64,000 bases of DNA, from assembly GCA_047967505.1 (NCBI GenBank), contig CM106538.1; one strand, written 5' to 3'. Source of the stretch: Dipteris shenzhenensis. Its lineage: Eukaryota. Below the pieces are notes generated by a model. It was not told where the DNA came from. It made no database searches and was given only the letters and a program-made list of their open reading frames with translations. Below are positions 1-11,900 of the stretch, one piece after another; the first letter of the stretch is position 1; each line of letters begins with the position of its first letter. The translations under genes were made by a program, and so were the position numbers.

Positions 1-704
1 ACATGCTACAATTCTCGGATCAGCGGTGCCTTGCCGCTTTCTTACATGAGATGACCCGCCACCGAGATACTTCTCTCCGAGCACGGCGACACGAGCAGCA
101 CACACAACGTGAGGATATCCAGCGGCCTATCACTGACTTCTTTCAGCCACAGGATACCTCTTCTCAGTCTAGCCGACGACGCGGACGTGAGCGAGAGCCA
201 GAGTCACGACAGCTGCGTCAGCGGACAGATTCACACATCCAGGTCCATGACATCTCGTCTCTGCTCTCGGCCCGCCCCACTGGGGTTACCGTTGCCCTCA
301 TCCACAGGGCCACTCGCCGCCCCCGACGATCGAGCTCGACTAGGCCGCGTGACGTCAGAGGCCAATCATCTATCGCAGGGTTTTTTCCGATTTCCCATTT
401 GATGATCCCTCTATGACTGGTCTCTGACGATCACCACCTGCACATGTATACTGTATCTCCCTCCTCTGTCCCACTTTTTTGTGTCCCCCCCTTCTTCTTC
501 TCTGTATCATCTGGAGGTAGACACATATATTTTTTGTATCAGGACTAGACATATAGTCCTTCATAACCTCTTTTTTTGTAGAAACGGTTGGTTGGCCCGT
601 TTTGAGACCACCACCGTTATGCTCATTGTATCAGTTATCTTTAGTCTCATAGACCTTCACGGTCTCCCGAAGACTTTAATAAACTTTCTTTCTTTCTTTC
701 TTTC
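1..704 (+). mobile_element. 3' end of RTE-X-like LINE (ORF C-terminus 3-416, 3' UTR, terminal hairpin, (CTTT)n tail)
   Basis: Peptide DQRCLAAFLHEMTRHR...RQLRQRTDSHI..HDISSLLSARPTGVTVAL aligns with copies at 7650-7860(-) and 20400-20750(+). The 20400 copy carries the EEHFIFRCPVYYEI motif. 3' UTR motif GTCTCATAGACC..GGTCT is shared with 20904-20933; AATAAA at 678-683, then (TTTC)5. Confidence 0.7.
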
Positions 705-3700
705 TCCTCCACCCGCCATCCCTCCCGCCCCCCTCCTCCACCCTCGCCCCCTCCCTCCTTCTCCCCCGCCCCACCCGTCTCCCTCTGCCAGCCCCCTCTC
801 CCTCCCCGCCAACCCCCTCTCACCTTCCCGCTCCCCTTCCTCCTCCCTGCCCTCCCTCTCTTCCCCGCCCTCCCTCTTCTCCACCCCCCTCCTCCACCCA
901 TGCCCCCTCCCTCCTCCCGTGCCCACCCTCTCCTCCGCCAGCCCCCTCTCTCTCCCTGCCAACCCCCTCTCCCTCGTCCCTCACCCTCCCGTCCCCTTCC
1001 TCCTCCCCGTCCTCCCTCTCCTCCACTCGCTAGCCCCCCCGCCCCTCTCCTCCACCCTCATTCCCTCCCTCCTCCCCCGCCCACCCTCTCCTCCTACCCG
1101 CCTTCCCTCTCTCCCTTGCCAGCCCCCTCGCCCACTCTTCCACCCGCCCCCCTCCCTCGCGTCCCGTCCCCTCCTTTCCTCTCTCCCGCCCACCCTCTCC
1201 CTTCCAACCAGCCAGCCTCCTCCCCCCCTCCCTTCATAACCCATAGCTCCCCTCCGCCTCGCCTCCCCCGTCTCCTCCTCCCCCCGCTGTTGCCTCCCTG
1301 CCTCCTCTCCTCTTCTTCCCCTCTCTCCTATCCTCTCCTATTCTTCTTCCTCCAGCGCTCGTGTTCCAGGGCGTCTTGGGCAGCAGTTTCACGGACGAAA
1401 CTTTTTCAGTGTTTGAATCGGCCTTTTCACATCGATTGGCGAATGGATCCCCACTCAGCCAATCTTCGTCCACTTCCACCGTCCACGAGAATCGTCATTT
1501 TTTTAGAAGACGAGTTGTAGCAGCTCAAGAAAGATGTGGAACTAGAGGGCTCCACATCTCTTTTCGCGCGCATCTTTGGGTCACACCCTTCCAGATCACA
1601 GACTAGAGACTAGATGTTGGCGGCGTTACCAGGAGATCTCGCCCCATACCTCAGAGATGTTCGACTTTTGGGACGTGGATTCTTCCAAGTGATTTTCGAC
1701 TCCCACGAGTCCACAGCCCTTGTTCTCAAAGCTAATCCTTTGGCTTTGGGTTCGAGGAGGAATTTTCTTTTGCCCTACACCTTGGGCTTCGATCCGATCG
1801 AGGAGGACAGTCAGGTCACATCACTGTTCATCAGATTTCCTGGTCTTTCTCAGGTCTACCATCGACTTCTTGCTACTATCAGAGCCACATTCGGAGTGTT
1901 CACTAAGATTCCCCTCGTTCCTGACATGCCTTCTTCCTCGGCAGAGCAGTCAGAGCGGACGGGGTGCCTCGAGTTAGGGTCATTGTCTCTGATCCTAATA
2001 TCTCAGATGACCACATCATGCTTCAGCGCCCAGATGGCTCTCTCTTTCGATAGAGAGTCGAGCTTGCAGGTAGACAGGACGAGTGCAGGATTTACAGGAC
2101 TCGTGGACACTTTGCTACAGATTACTCAAAGAAGAGAAAAAGATCCAAGAGGTCTTTTGGTGCGGATCCTTCACGTACTACCCCGACTGCATCTCCCTAA
2201 AGTTCTGTACCACGCACTCCAAAACCACCAGGAGCAGCAGGACACCTTGCTTCGCGCATCCCAGGACCACCAGGGGCAGCAGGGCGCTCAAAGCCCGCAG
2301 CACATCGAGTACCACGATGGAGAGCGATCAGAGCGGCTCTCTTCCCTCAGGAGGAGACCTTTGATCCGACTTAGACAGACGCCATCCAAACTCCAGAGCT
2401 AGATGTTGCTGCAGCCCAGACACTACAATTCCACATCAGGAGGGGCCTTTAGATGCATCAGTACTAGCCCCAGTCACTTTGGTTTCTGATCATGAGAGGG
2501 CTACCGATACTTCTTCCCCATAGACTGTTCTTGCCACAGTCAGGACGACTGAGGGAATGCATGCATAGATGAGAACTCCAGATTCCTCTTCAGCCCAGTC
2601 ACAGGCCTCCTCAGCCCCCAGCTCCAGTTCTGCTGATAGAGGCCTGGCAGATCCTTCTCCTCCATCTTCCACGAGTGCAGGTCTTGTTCGTACTCCTCGG
2701 CCAGATCTGCGTCTCATGAACTCTTTTTCGGCACTGGCAGACTCGGCGACTTTCATGGGTGAGGAGGAGTTTGTGCCCTCCACCTTAGGAGTCCCGGTCA
2801 TTGGGATTCCTTTTGATAGGGCTCCTTCTCAGCAGGTGTGGGGATCCTTTCACCTGTTGAGTTTTCTGCCCTCAGCAGGAGTGTTTCAGCCCAGGGGAAG
2901 CTGGTCTCCTCTACTAGGTTGGGTAAGCCTTTCCACCCAGCATCCTCCTGTCAATGAGGATAGTCAGCTAGAACATTGAAGGCCTAGGCGGAGTTTCATA
3001 CCTTCACCGTAGGCAGCTGATCCAGAATCAGCTTCATGCAGGTGTATTGGAGGTGCTATTGATATTCTTTTTAGCAAGGGACAAAGTTGGATGCCAGTGA
3101 TTGCTCTAAGTCTGGCAAACTTCTTTCAGGACATACCTTCTGGTCACCTGCTATGGGCACAAGGGGAGGTACTTGCATTCGGTCTCTCTTTCTATTCTAC
3201 CCTTGGTTGCTTCTCAGATGTAAGATTGGTATATGTCAGCAGTTAGCTGGAGACCCATCACTCTATTGAGCACTTTTTATGAGATTCTGGTGAAAGCCAT
3301 CAGTATGCGGCTACAGATTTTTCTTCCAGGTTTGATTCATGACAGGGTTTGTGCATGGCAGAAGTATTTTCAATAATATTTTCTCATTTTGGGAGGTCTC
3401 AGAATGGGCCATGCAGAGCCGGAAAGAGCTCTGGGATAGTGAGTTGGCAGATGACACGGCTGTTTTTTTGGATGCCTCCCCAAGGACACTCACTTCCTTC
3501 TGGACAGCCTTGGATTTATTTTGCATGGCTGGAAGTGCACACATTAATTGGCATAAATCTAATGGGTTTTGGATTTGCGACGATGACACCCCGGATTGAG
3601 GTAATGATATTGGTTTAACTTGGGTATAGAGGGGTGTCTCCGTCAGATATTTGGGCTGCCAGGTTGGGGTGGGCATCTCTCTATCATGGTTTGTATGCTC

Positions 3701-5625
3701 ATCATGGTTCTTCTAGCCAGATCATGGTTTGTATGCTCTTCTTGGTGCCACTCTAGGAATTGTATTACTCAGCTCAAGAGACTCGTACGAAACTTTTTAT
3801 GGAGTGGTCTAGATGGCACAGCTGATGTTATATCCAGGGTGGCTTAGGAGACCTTGACTTCCACAAGAGAAGGGGGTTTGAATATCATTGACCCGGATCT
3901 ACAGTGCAGAGCCTTACTCTGCAAGGTCGTTGTGAGAGAACTTATGCCAGGGCAAGAGCCTTGGGAGGACTTTTTTATCAGATACATACAATCTTGCATA
4001 CCCACTTCAAGAGATGATTGGATACACAATACCAGATGGGTTTGCACCACAGCCCAGCTCATATCTCCTTCTTCCCCTCTTATGGTTGCTACCCTGAAAG
4101 CATGGGCTAGCTTCAGGAGTACTCTTCGCAGAATTCCGCGTCCGCCCGTGAAGAGATTGAAAGGCAGCCTATCATGTGGAACGATAGTATTTTGGATGAG
4201 CATGGCAGACCACTTGGAGCTTCTCTTTACATGCAGTTGTTGGTGAACTGAAAAGAAAGAGTAGAGTGGACACAAACTCAGAATACTTGCATTATGGAAT
4301 GAAGCAGAGTGAGGTCCTTATGTAGGCACCTCATACATGCTCACTGACATCACTGATGACTTCAGAGCTCCACAATCATCTCCTCAATCTGCTCCTAGAT
4401 TCTCTCAATCATCCTATGTGGCTTTCCACCACCTAACTGTGCTTATGGGCACCTAACTGTGCCTCTAGCACTCACACATAGAAACCAAGGTGTGCCTGAG
4501 GCATACACCTTGAGATATCCCATCAGCAGTGGCCCAGATGGGAGAGGGGCCCTGCATCTACTGTGGGAGCATGGAAAGCCTTCAGGAGGCTTCCTGCAGA
4601 CCGACATGCCCAGGTGGTTCATAATCTCAGAGGGAATGCAGGGAGAGTTCAACAGATTGACGCAGCCTTGCCCTTGGATTGGGTGGACACAGATGACATG
4701 TCTATTACTTATTTCACCTGGATGGGGGCATTTTGTCAGTAATGCCAGGAAATTCTAGCTCAGCTGTAGGGGTTGGAGGCCCACCAGAGCTCCTCATTGG
4801 GAGAATTATCAAATTTTTGCAGACTTGCAGAAAATTTTTTGAAAGAGGCTCTGGAAATCCCACTGGAATAGAAAAATCTCTCTTCTTTTGGCTTTCTATT
4901 CATGGTGGGATAGCAGTGAACCATTGGAGATCCAGGTTTGGGGCACCCTACTTACCCTCGTTGCCTTTCTGCTTTGGAGATAGTACAGCACTACCTTTGG
5001 GTTGCAGACAGGCGATAATCATATGGAAGGGGATTGCAAGACTTTTCAGCACTTTTGTTCGCCTCCCCTTCTATATGACCTGGGAATCAGTGGCTTTGAT
5101 CACCCTTTCAGGGCCCCAGGTTTTCTTCGAGAGACATGACTCATCTTGGTCTCTACACGTCCGACGACACCTTGTGGAGTCGTGCTCTTTAGAGGATGTT
5201 CGGCCACTCTCTTCAGGGCTGCTCAATCCTCGGTTGACTCTCCATGGGAGGTCTTAGATAGCATTGTAGGATGGCAGATTTGGAGAGCGAGATGCATTGA
5301 GGCTATGGAGGGTTCTCAGGTTCACCCTTCTCAGATCTTGGCCAGTACTTGGATAGATACGGTGCACACTCTGATGGCCATATGGGCGACCATGCAGGGA
5401 TCCTCTCGAGCAGCCTCCTCTAAGAGAGTTACTTTTCTCAAGGATTGGAGAGACTCCCTCCTTGATGGGTTTGAGTTGGCATTTTCAGCCTTAGCCTTGG
5501 TTTCTTTCTACCTCATTCTTCTGAGGTGTTTTTTATTACATGCTTAGCATGTTGTATTTCCGCACAGAGCTTGCTCTAGTGAGTTTCTTTCTTTCTTAAT
5601 AGAAGTCTCTTTTTTGCAAAAAAAA
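705..5625 (+). mobile_element. L1-like LINE, family A copy 1 (degenerate, large ORF2 deletions)
   Basis: C-rich 5' UTR ~705-1350. ORF1 from ~1443 (MDPHSANL; VRLLGRGFFQVIFD, DUF4283-like; degenerate zinc knuckle near 2080-2125). APE remnant ~2960-3200, RT remnants (GFVHGRSIFNN, SELADDT), zf-RVT-like C-terminus. Ends CTTAATAGAAGTCTCT..GC-A8, the same terminus as the copies at 8983 and 29057. Confidence 0.9.
4238..4525. mobile_element. Solo LTR, 288 bp, inserted in L1 ORF2
   Basis: Ends TGTTGG...CCATCA, with an exact 5-bp TSD GCAGT (4233-4237, 4526-4530). Removing it restores SLYMQW.RWERGP as seen in copy 2. Confidence 0.9.
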
Positions 5626-7559
5626 GAATAGCAAGTCGTTAAAGGTGCTTGTCGTTTGTTAGTTAACGTTCTTCTAGGTAATTTCTTCTTACTCTAGGAG
5701 ACTCTTTATTCCAACAAAGTATTGGCATTTTGATGAGTACTAATTGTTCTGTTTCTTATCAAACTTCTATCTTTTTACTGAATGGATTTGAGGGTATGCA
5801 ACGATGATTTCTTGCGAGACTTGTCCTATTGTTTTTCACTAGGTGAGGAGATTTAGGGGGGGCACATCTGTCTTAGATGTTCTAAACTTCAAAGATTTTA
5901 TGGACAAAGATCCAAATTCTTTCGATGGATGTATTTATCCTCCAGAGGTTTATGAACTTATTGTACAACTAGTGGAGGCTATTGTAGTCTCTTGGATCTT
6001 AGCATTACTTAATCTTTTGTAGTTTTAGAAGTGGATATGTATGATAAATGACAAGCACTTGAGTATGCCGTGATGAATATCATAAAAATGTCCCACATTG
6101 ACTCAAACATGTTTGATATGTCTAAAAGTTGAGTGATACTTCAAATTTTATATGTTTTCTTGTCTTTGTACAAGTAAGAGTGTCTTTATAATCATATTAC
6201 TTCTTGGAAAGGGCTATAATACAAGATAAGTAATAAAGAAACTCCAGTGTCCTACGTTATAATTGTTATATATTTTGAAGTTCGGCTTTAGGTAAGTTAA
6301 GGATCTTTGAATGCATAATAAAATCCAAAGTGGGGAGCTTCAAAGCTCATTTTCTTTCAAGCTCTTAGGTTTTTTCTATTCTTGGAGGTCAGCTCTTATA
6401 TGTATCTGTCAAATTGCAGCAATATTTTTCCCCTGTGAGCAAGGATGTGTACGTGGATATTCATGATGTTCAAATCACCATGCAACTTAGGAGAACAAAG
6501 TTGATGCACTGAAAGCAATTTGATACTTTTTTTGCCATCTTTGGAACGCCAGAAGATTTCCATAACGGCAAGTAAAATTGAATATATGCCACAAGGATGG
6601 ACTGTACTATCTGAAGTCGAACATGCAAAGGCCAGGTTGCCAATTTCCAATATTCTAGCTTTTTTCGAAGCTTGACCATCATCCAATTAGTTTGTTGACG
6701 ACAAGTGAGCACCCCAAAGGGTAACCAAGAGACGAACAATCTGAGTGGATGGAATGATTTCCTTGGGCCACAAAAGACTATGCCAGTTTTTAGAATGCAA
6801 TGGGAGCAGCTTGGACTTTTGAAAATTTACATGAAGAAGCTGCCAAACCATAAATAGAGAGAGCTTGCATCAAAGTAGAAAGATCATTCTGCGTATTCTT
6901 CGTGGTAAAGAAAGAATCATCAGCATAGGCTTGAGCAACCATGCAGCGATTTGCATCCAATTCCAAACCATGAAGGGAGCCTGTAGCCACGAGATGATCA
7001 ATATATTGCAGAATAGGATGGGTAGCAGTGGCATACAATAAAGCACTAAGGGAACATCCTTTACGGACTGAACAACAAAGAGTCCACTCATTAGAGAGAT
7101 CTCCAGCTGTCCCTGTAAACCCAATAAATAATCTGCTGCATTTTTTTTCCAAACCCCAAAGCTCGCATTGTTTGCGAGATGAATTCCCATTGAATTGTAT
7201 CAAAGGCTTTTGCAATATCCACCTGTAAGAGCAGAACATCTTGATGTGTGTATTTGGCATATTCAATCCGAATATAAGCATTGGCAATATTATCTGTGAT
7301 ATGCCTACGCGGAACGAAGCCATATTGCGAAGGATGCAGCTCATCATGCAAATAACCTTTAATACGATCAACAACCATTTTGGCTATGATCTTGTAAATA
7401 ATTGGCATGAGCGTTATTGGTCTCCAATCAGTGAGCAAATCACATAACTGCTTTTTTGGAAGGAGCTTGACAAGTCCTTTTTTCCATGACATAGGCATTT
7501 GCTGATTTTCCCAGGCTGAATTAACCATTTGCAGCAAAGTCTGCTTGAGGATATCCCTG

Positions 7560-7862
7560 GTAGATTACCTTCTTTGGTTTTGATGGGGAGATTTCCATCG
7601 ACATCATCATAACCATCATCATCATCATCATCATCAACAGTAGGACATTAGGATGGATGGGGCTGTGGAACTGGAGGCATGAGGTCAGCAATAGAGCGCT
7701 GTCGCTCCCCCAAGGGTGCAGTCCTAGTACGTCTCCTGGTTGTAGCTCTGCGTTTGACTAGGGCCAGTGTGACCCCCGTTGGTCGGGCTCTGACCCTAAA
7801 CAAGGAGGGGATGTCCCCAAGTATGATCTGTGAGTCAACCCTCTGTTTGAGCTGTCGGGTCA
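7560..7862 (-). mobile_element. RTE-X-like 3' fragment with (TGA)n run
   Basis: TRQLKQRVDSQIILGDIPSLFRVRARPTGVTLALV aligns with 200-310. (CAT)n run at ~7602-7636. Sits where most of the host EN/linker region is deleted. Confidence 0.7.
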
Positions 7863-8982
7863 TAACCAGCAAAAAAATGTCATAACTAGCAAAATGTCCA
7901 GATTTTCCAGCATACATATGCTGATTATGCTCTTGCAAAGCCCACTATATCAGGCTGCAATTGGCGTATATACAGCCAAACCAGTTTCCATTTTCGAGCA
8001 TCTCACAAACCCTGTACATTCGAAGTGACACATTTGAGATGATCAAGCATATCTACAGATATAGGATAGGTATGTACAACAGCAAAAATGCCTTCTATGA
8101 CTTCATTTCCACCTCAGTATTCGGGCCTCGGCCCTGAGAAGAAAACTGAGCCTGAGGAGAAGACAATAATGCAGCAACTTCCTCTTCTGGAAAGAGGGTA
8201 TGATTGGCTGTCACCTCAGCCCAAGTCAAACCAATACCAGAATTCTCAGCCGGTGTTTTGCCCTGAGATGAAGCACCATTCTAAGTGCGAGAGGGCAAAG
8301 GTCTCCTAGGTGAAAAGACTTTTCTTGGGGTTTGCCAAACATCATTCAAAGTTTTTTTCCTTTGCTTGATGATGAGAGGTCGAAGGCACAGAAGGAGAAA
8401 CATCACCATTTGAAGCAACCGGTGTTTTCTCTTTGTCCTGGACAGCAAAAAACCCCTTAGTCTTCATCAAAGAGGCGACAGTAGAAGTCTTGCTCGGAGA
8501 TGGAGACAAATCAGCCTGCACTGGCATTTTTGGAGTACGTGAAGGGCATTGCGAAGCCATATGCCCAAACTTCTTGCATTCAAAGCAAGCACCTGCAAAG
8601 AGACCCATTTCAGTTTATAGAAGGCATTGCCCATGGAAACATTATTCACTGTAACCAAATAAGAGTCTAGGGTTGGATTATCTGTGTCCCACAAAATACA
8701 ATATCTGTTTGAATTGCCATTAGGCCGTGGTGGACAAACCACTTTGCCAAGAGATGCTGCAATTTTTGGCAAAAGAGAAGCCAGACATTGAGGGAAGTCC
8801 ACAACTTCCACCCAGAGAGGGCATCTGTGTCGGATCAACGCCTGATAGTCTGTGGTGGGAGACTAGGGCAACACATGAACCAGCTGCTGCCCAGAGAAAA
8901 GAGGAGAGTGCTCCAATAAAATCTGCCTGTGCTCTTCATATGCCATGATCACTTAAAAAAAAACCCTTGCTGCATAGTGAAC

Positions 8983-11900
8983 TTTTTTTTTTCCCCAAGA
9001 AAGAGACTTCTATTAAGTAAGAGAAAAAATCCGCGAGAGCAAGCTCAAAGCGGACTACATCATGAAATCAGGAGGATAAATAAAACCCCCTCAAAGTGAG
9101 GTGGAAAACAACCAAGGTTGAGGTTGAGAACCTCAACCCTGTAGGAGTCTCAGCGAAGAAAGGAGAATCCTTTCATTCCTTGAAGAAAGAAGGCCTCCTA
9201 GCTGAGGCTGCACGGGAGTCTCCTTGCATACTCGTCCATACGGCCATCAAAGTATGTACGGTGTCTGTCCAGATACTAGCCAATGTGTGCGAGGGATGAA
9301 CCTGAGTACCCTCCAAAGCGTTTGTGCATCTGGCTCTCCAGATATGCCAGGATGCTATGCTCACTGGAATCTCCCAAGAAGTATCCACAGAGGCATGTAC
9401 CGTTGTAAAAGGAAGGTGTGGTACCACATTGAACGAATAGGACTCAATCTGATGACATCGAATCAAAATGGTCCGAGAGGAGTCAAGTCTCTCATAGAAT
9501 ACGTGAGGCCCTGTAAGAGAAAGCCAAGCCATTGAGCCCGATGTCATAAAGAATGGGGAGTGGGCAAAGTGATTGAAAATCCTGGCTACCCCCATCCAAA
9601 TCGTCCTTGCCTGTTTGCAATTCCATAAGCAATGTTGAATAGTCTGCGAAGCAGAGAGGCAACAAGGGCAAGTAGGGTCGGCTCCGAACCTGGATCTCCA
9701 AAGGTTCACTGCAATCCCACCATGGATAGAGAGCCAAAAAAAGAGAGTGATCTTTCTATTCCTGTGGGATTTCGAGAGTCTCCTCCAGAAGCACCTTTGC
9801 AGATCCGCAGTGATATCAAATGTCTCCCAATGAGGAACTCTGGAAGGTCTCCAACCTCTACACTACTGAGCTGAAATCTCATGGCATTACTGATCGTGTA
9901 ACAAAAGAAGGGGATGCTCTTTTCTCGATGCCCTGTCTCAATCCACTCCCACTCTCCAGGGTTCCACTGTAAATACCTAATAGGAACTCCCCTGTAGAGC
10001 CCAAGCCTCCAAGACCCGATGGAGAGTAGCCGGGGGTTTGGGTCGAGGAACCGCTCTGAATTTGATCCTTGCACCAAAAGACCTACAACCTTGATAGGCT
10101 GAAAAGCAGACTCAAGCAAGATGTCCTCTGTGGACCTGAGCAATCTGCCACCATCCTGCACACTAAAAACTAAAGTATCCTCCTGTGCATCTCGAAAGGC
10201 CAAAACCTGAAGCGGAACACCGCCTCTCGTAAAAGTACCTGCCCAAGTGGAGCAAGTGAGTGGCATATCATCTGTGTCTACCCAATCCTCTGGAAGGGCT
10301 GCCTCAATCTGCAAGATCCTTCCTGCACTCCCTCTGCGATGTCCTGTCAACTGAGATTTGGTCTCCTCTGGAAGCATGTGGAAAGCCTTCCAAGATCCCA
10401 AAGATGATGCAGGTCCCCTCTCCCACCTGGACCATTGCATGTAGAGTGAGGCACCAAGTGGTCTGCCATGATCATCTAAAATACAGTCATTCCACATGAT
10501 CGATTGCCTATCAATCTCTTCACGAGAGGAAGGAGGAATCCTCCGAAGAGTGCTCTTGAAATTGGCCCATGCTTTCAGAATGGCAACCATGAGAGGGGAT
10601 GAAGGTGATCTGAGGTGTGCTGTGGTGAAGATCCACCTAATACTGCTCATCCAGTCTCCTCCTGAAGAAGGTGTGCACCTCTGTATGCTGCTAATAAGAA
10701 AGGCCTTCCACGGTTCCTGCCCTGGCATAAGTCCCCGCACCACCATATTGCATAGTAAAGCTTTGCACTGTAAATTTGGATCAATAATATTGAGACCCCC
10801 TTCCTATGAGGGTCTTCCAAGCCACCCTGGCTAAGGCATCTGCTGTACCATCAAGCCCACTCCAAAGAAAATTTCTGATCGGTCTCCTGAGCTGAGTGAT
10901 GCAATCCCTAGAACGGCAACAGCATGAACAAACAAACCAGGCCGTGGCCAAGAGGACCTAGTTAACCACCACAACTCTAGAGGCAAGATCCAGCTTGGTT
11001 GAGCTCCAAAAAAGGAGCTTCCTCCTGATGCTCTTTAACACGGGAGCAAACTGCTGCGTGGAAGAAATATCCAAGCCGACCTGGCAGCCCAAATACTTGA
11101 TAGGCACACCCCTCTGAGTGAATCCTATGTCAAGCCCCCAAACTGGAGTGTCCTCATCATTGATCGAAAAGCCATTGGATTTATGCCAATTTATTTGCGC
11201 CCCCGCCGCCAAGTAGAATAAATTCAATGCTGTCCTGAAAGAAGTGAGTGTCTGTGGAGTGGCATCCAAGTAAACTGCTGTGTCATCTGCCAACTCACTG
11301 TCAAGTAGCTCCTCTTCCCTTCTGATGGGAAGTCTCAGCCCAAAGATGTCAGCTTGAGATCTAACATAGATACTCATAGCTTCGGCCACGAACAAAAAAA
11401 GAAAAGGAGCAAGGGGACATCCGTGACGGACTGATCTGGAAATATGAAATCTCTCACCCCTTACCCCACCAATAAGTACCTGGCTGTGGGCTGATCTGTA
11501 CAAAGAGGAAACACCTCTGATCCAAGCATAAGTAAAGCCAAAACGTAGAAAGATGCCCTCCAAAAAGCCCCAATCTACTCTGTCATAAACTTTCTCAAAA
11601 TCCAAAAGTAGAATGCCTAGATTCTGGTCGCTCTGCATGGCCCACTCTGAAGCTTCCCAGAAAGAGAAACTGTTATAAAAGATGCTTCTGCCATGCACAA
11701 ATCTCGTCTGAGTGTCATGAATAAGATCTGGGAGAAGGGGTTGCAATCAGAGGCTGATTGCCTTGGCCAGAATCTTGTAACAAGTCCCCAGAAGTGTGAT
11801 AGGCCTCCACTGGGACACTAGATTTCCGCAACCTCCTTTCGGGATAAGGTGGATGAGACCCTTTGTAAGTGACCCAGGCATCTCGCCAGAGTCCCAAATG

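Noticed and set aside
481-1520. Pro-rich extensin-like ORFs (also 14921-15964 minus)
   Set aside because: By-product of the stop-poor C-rich LINE 5' UTR; open in several frames, and peptides are not conserved between copies.
5626-6395. AT-rich unique stretch as a possible upstream CCT5 exon
   Set aside because: No chaperonin-like peptide recognised between candidate AG/GT sites.
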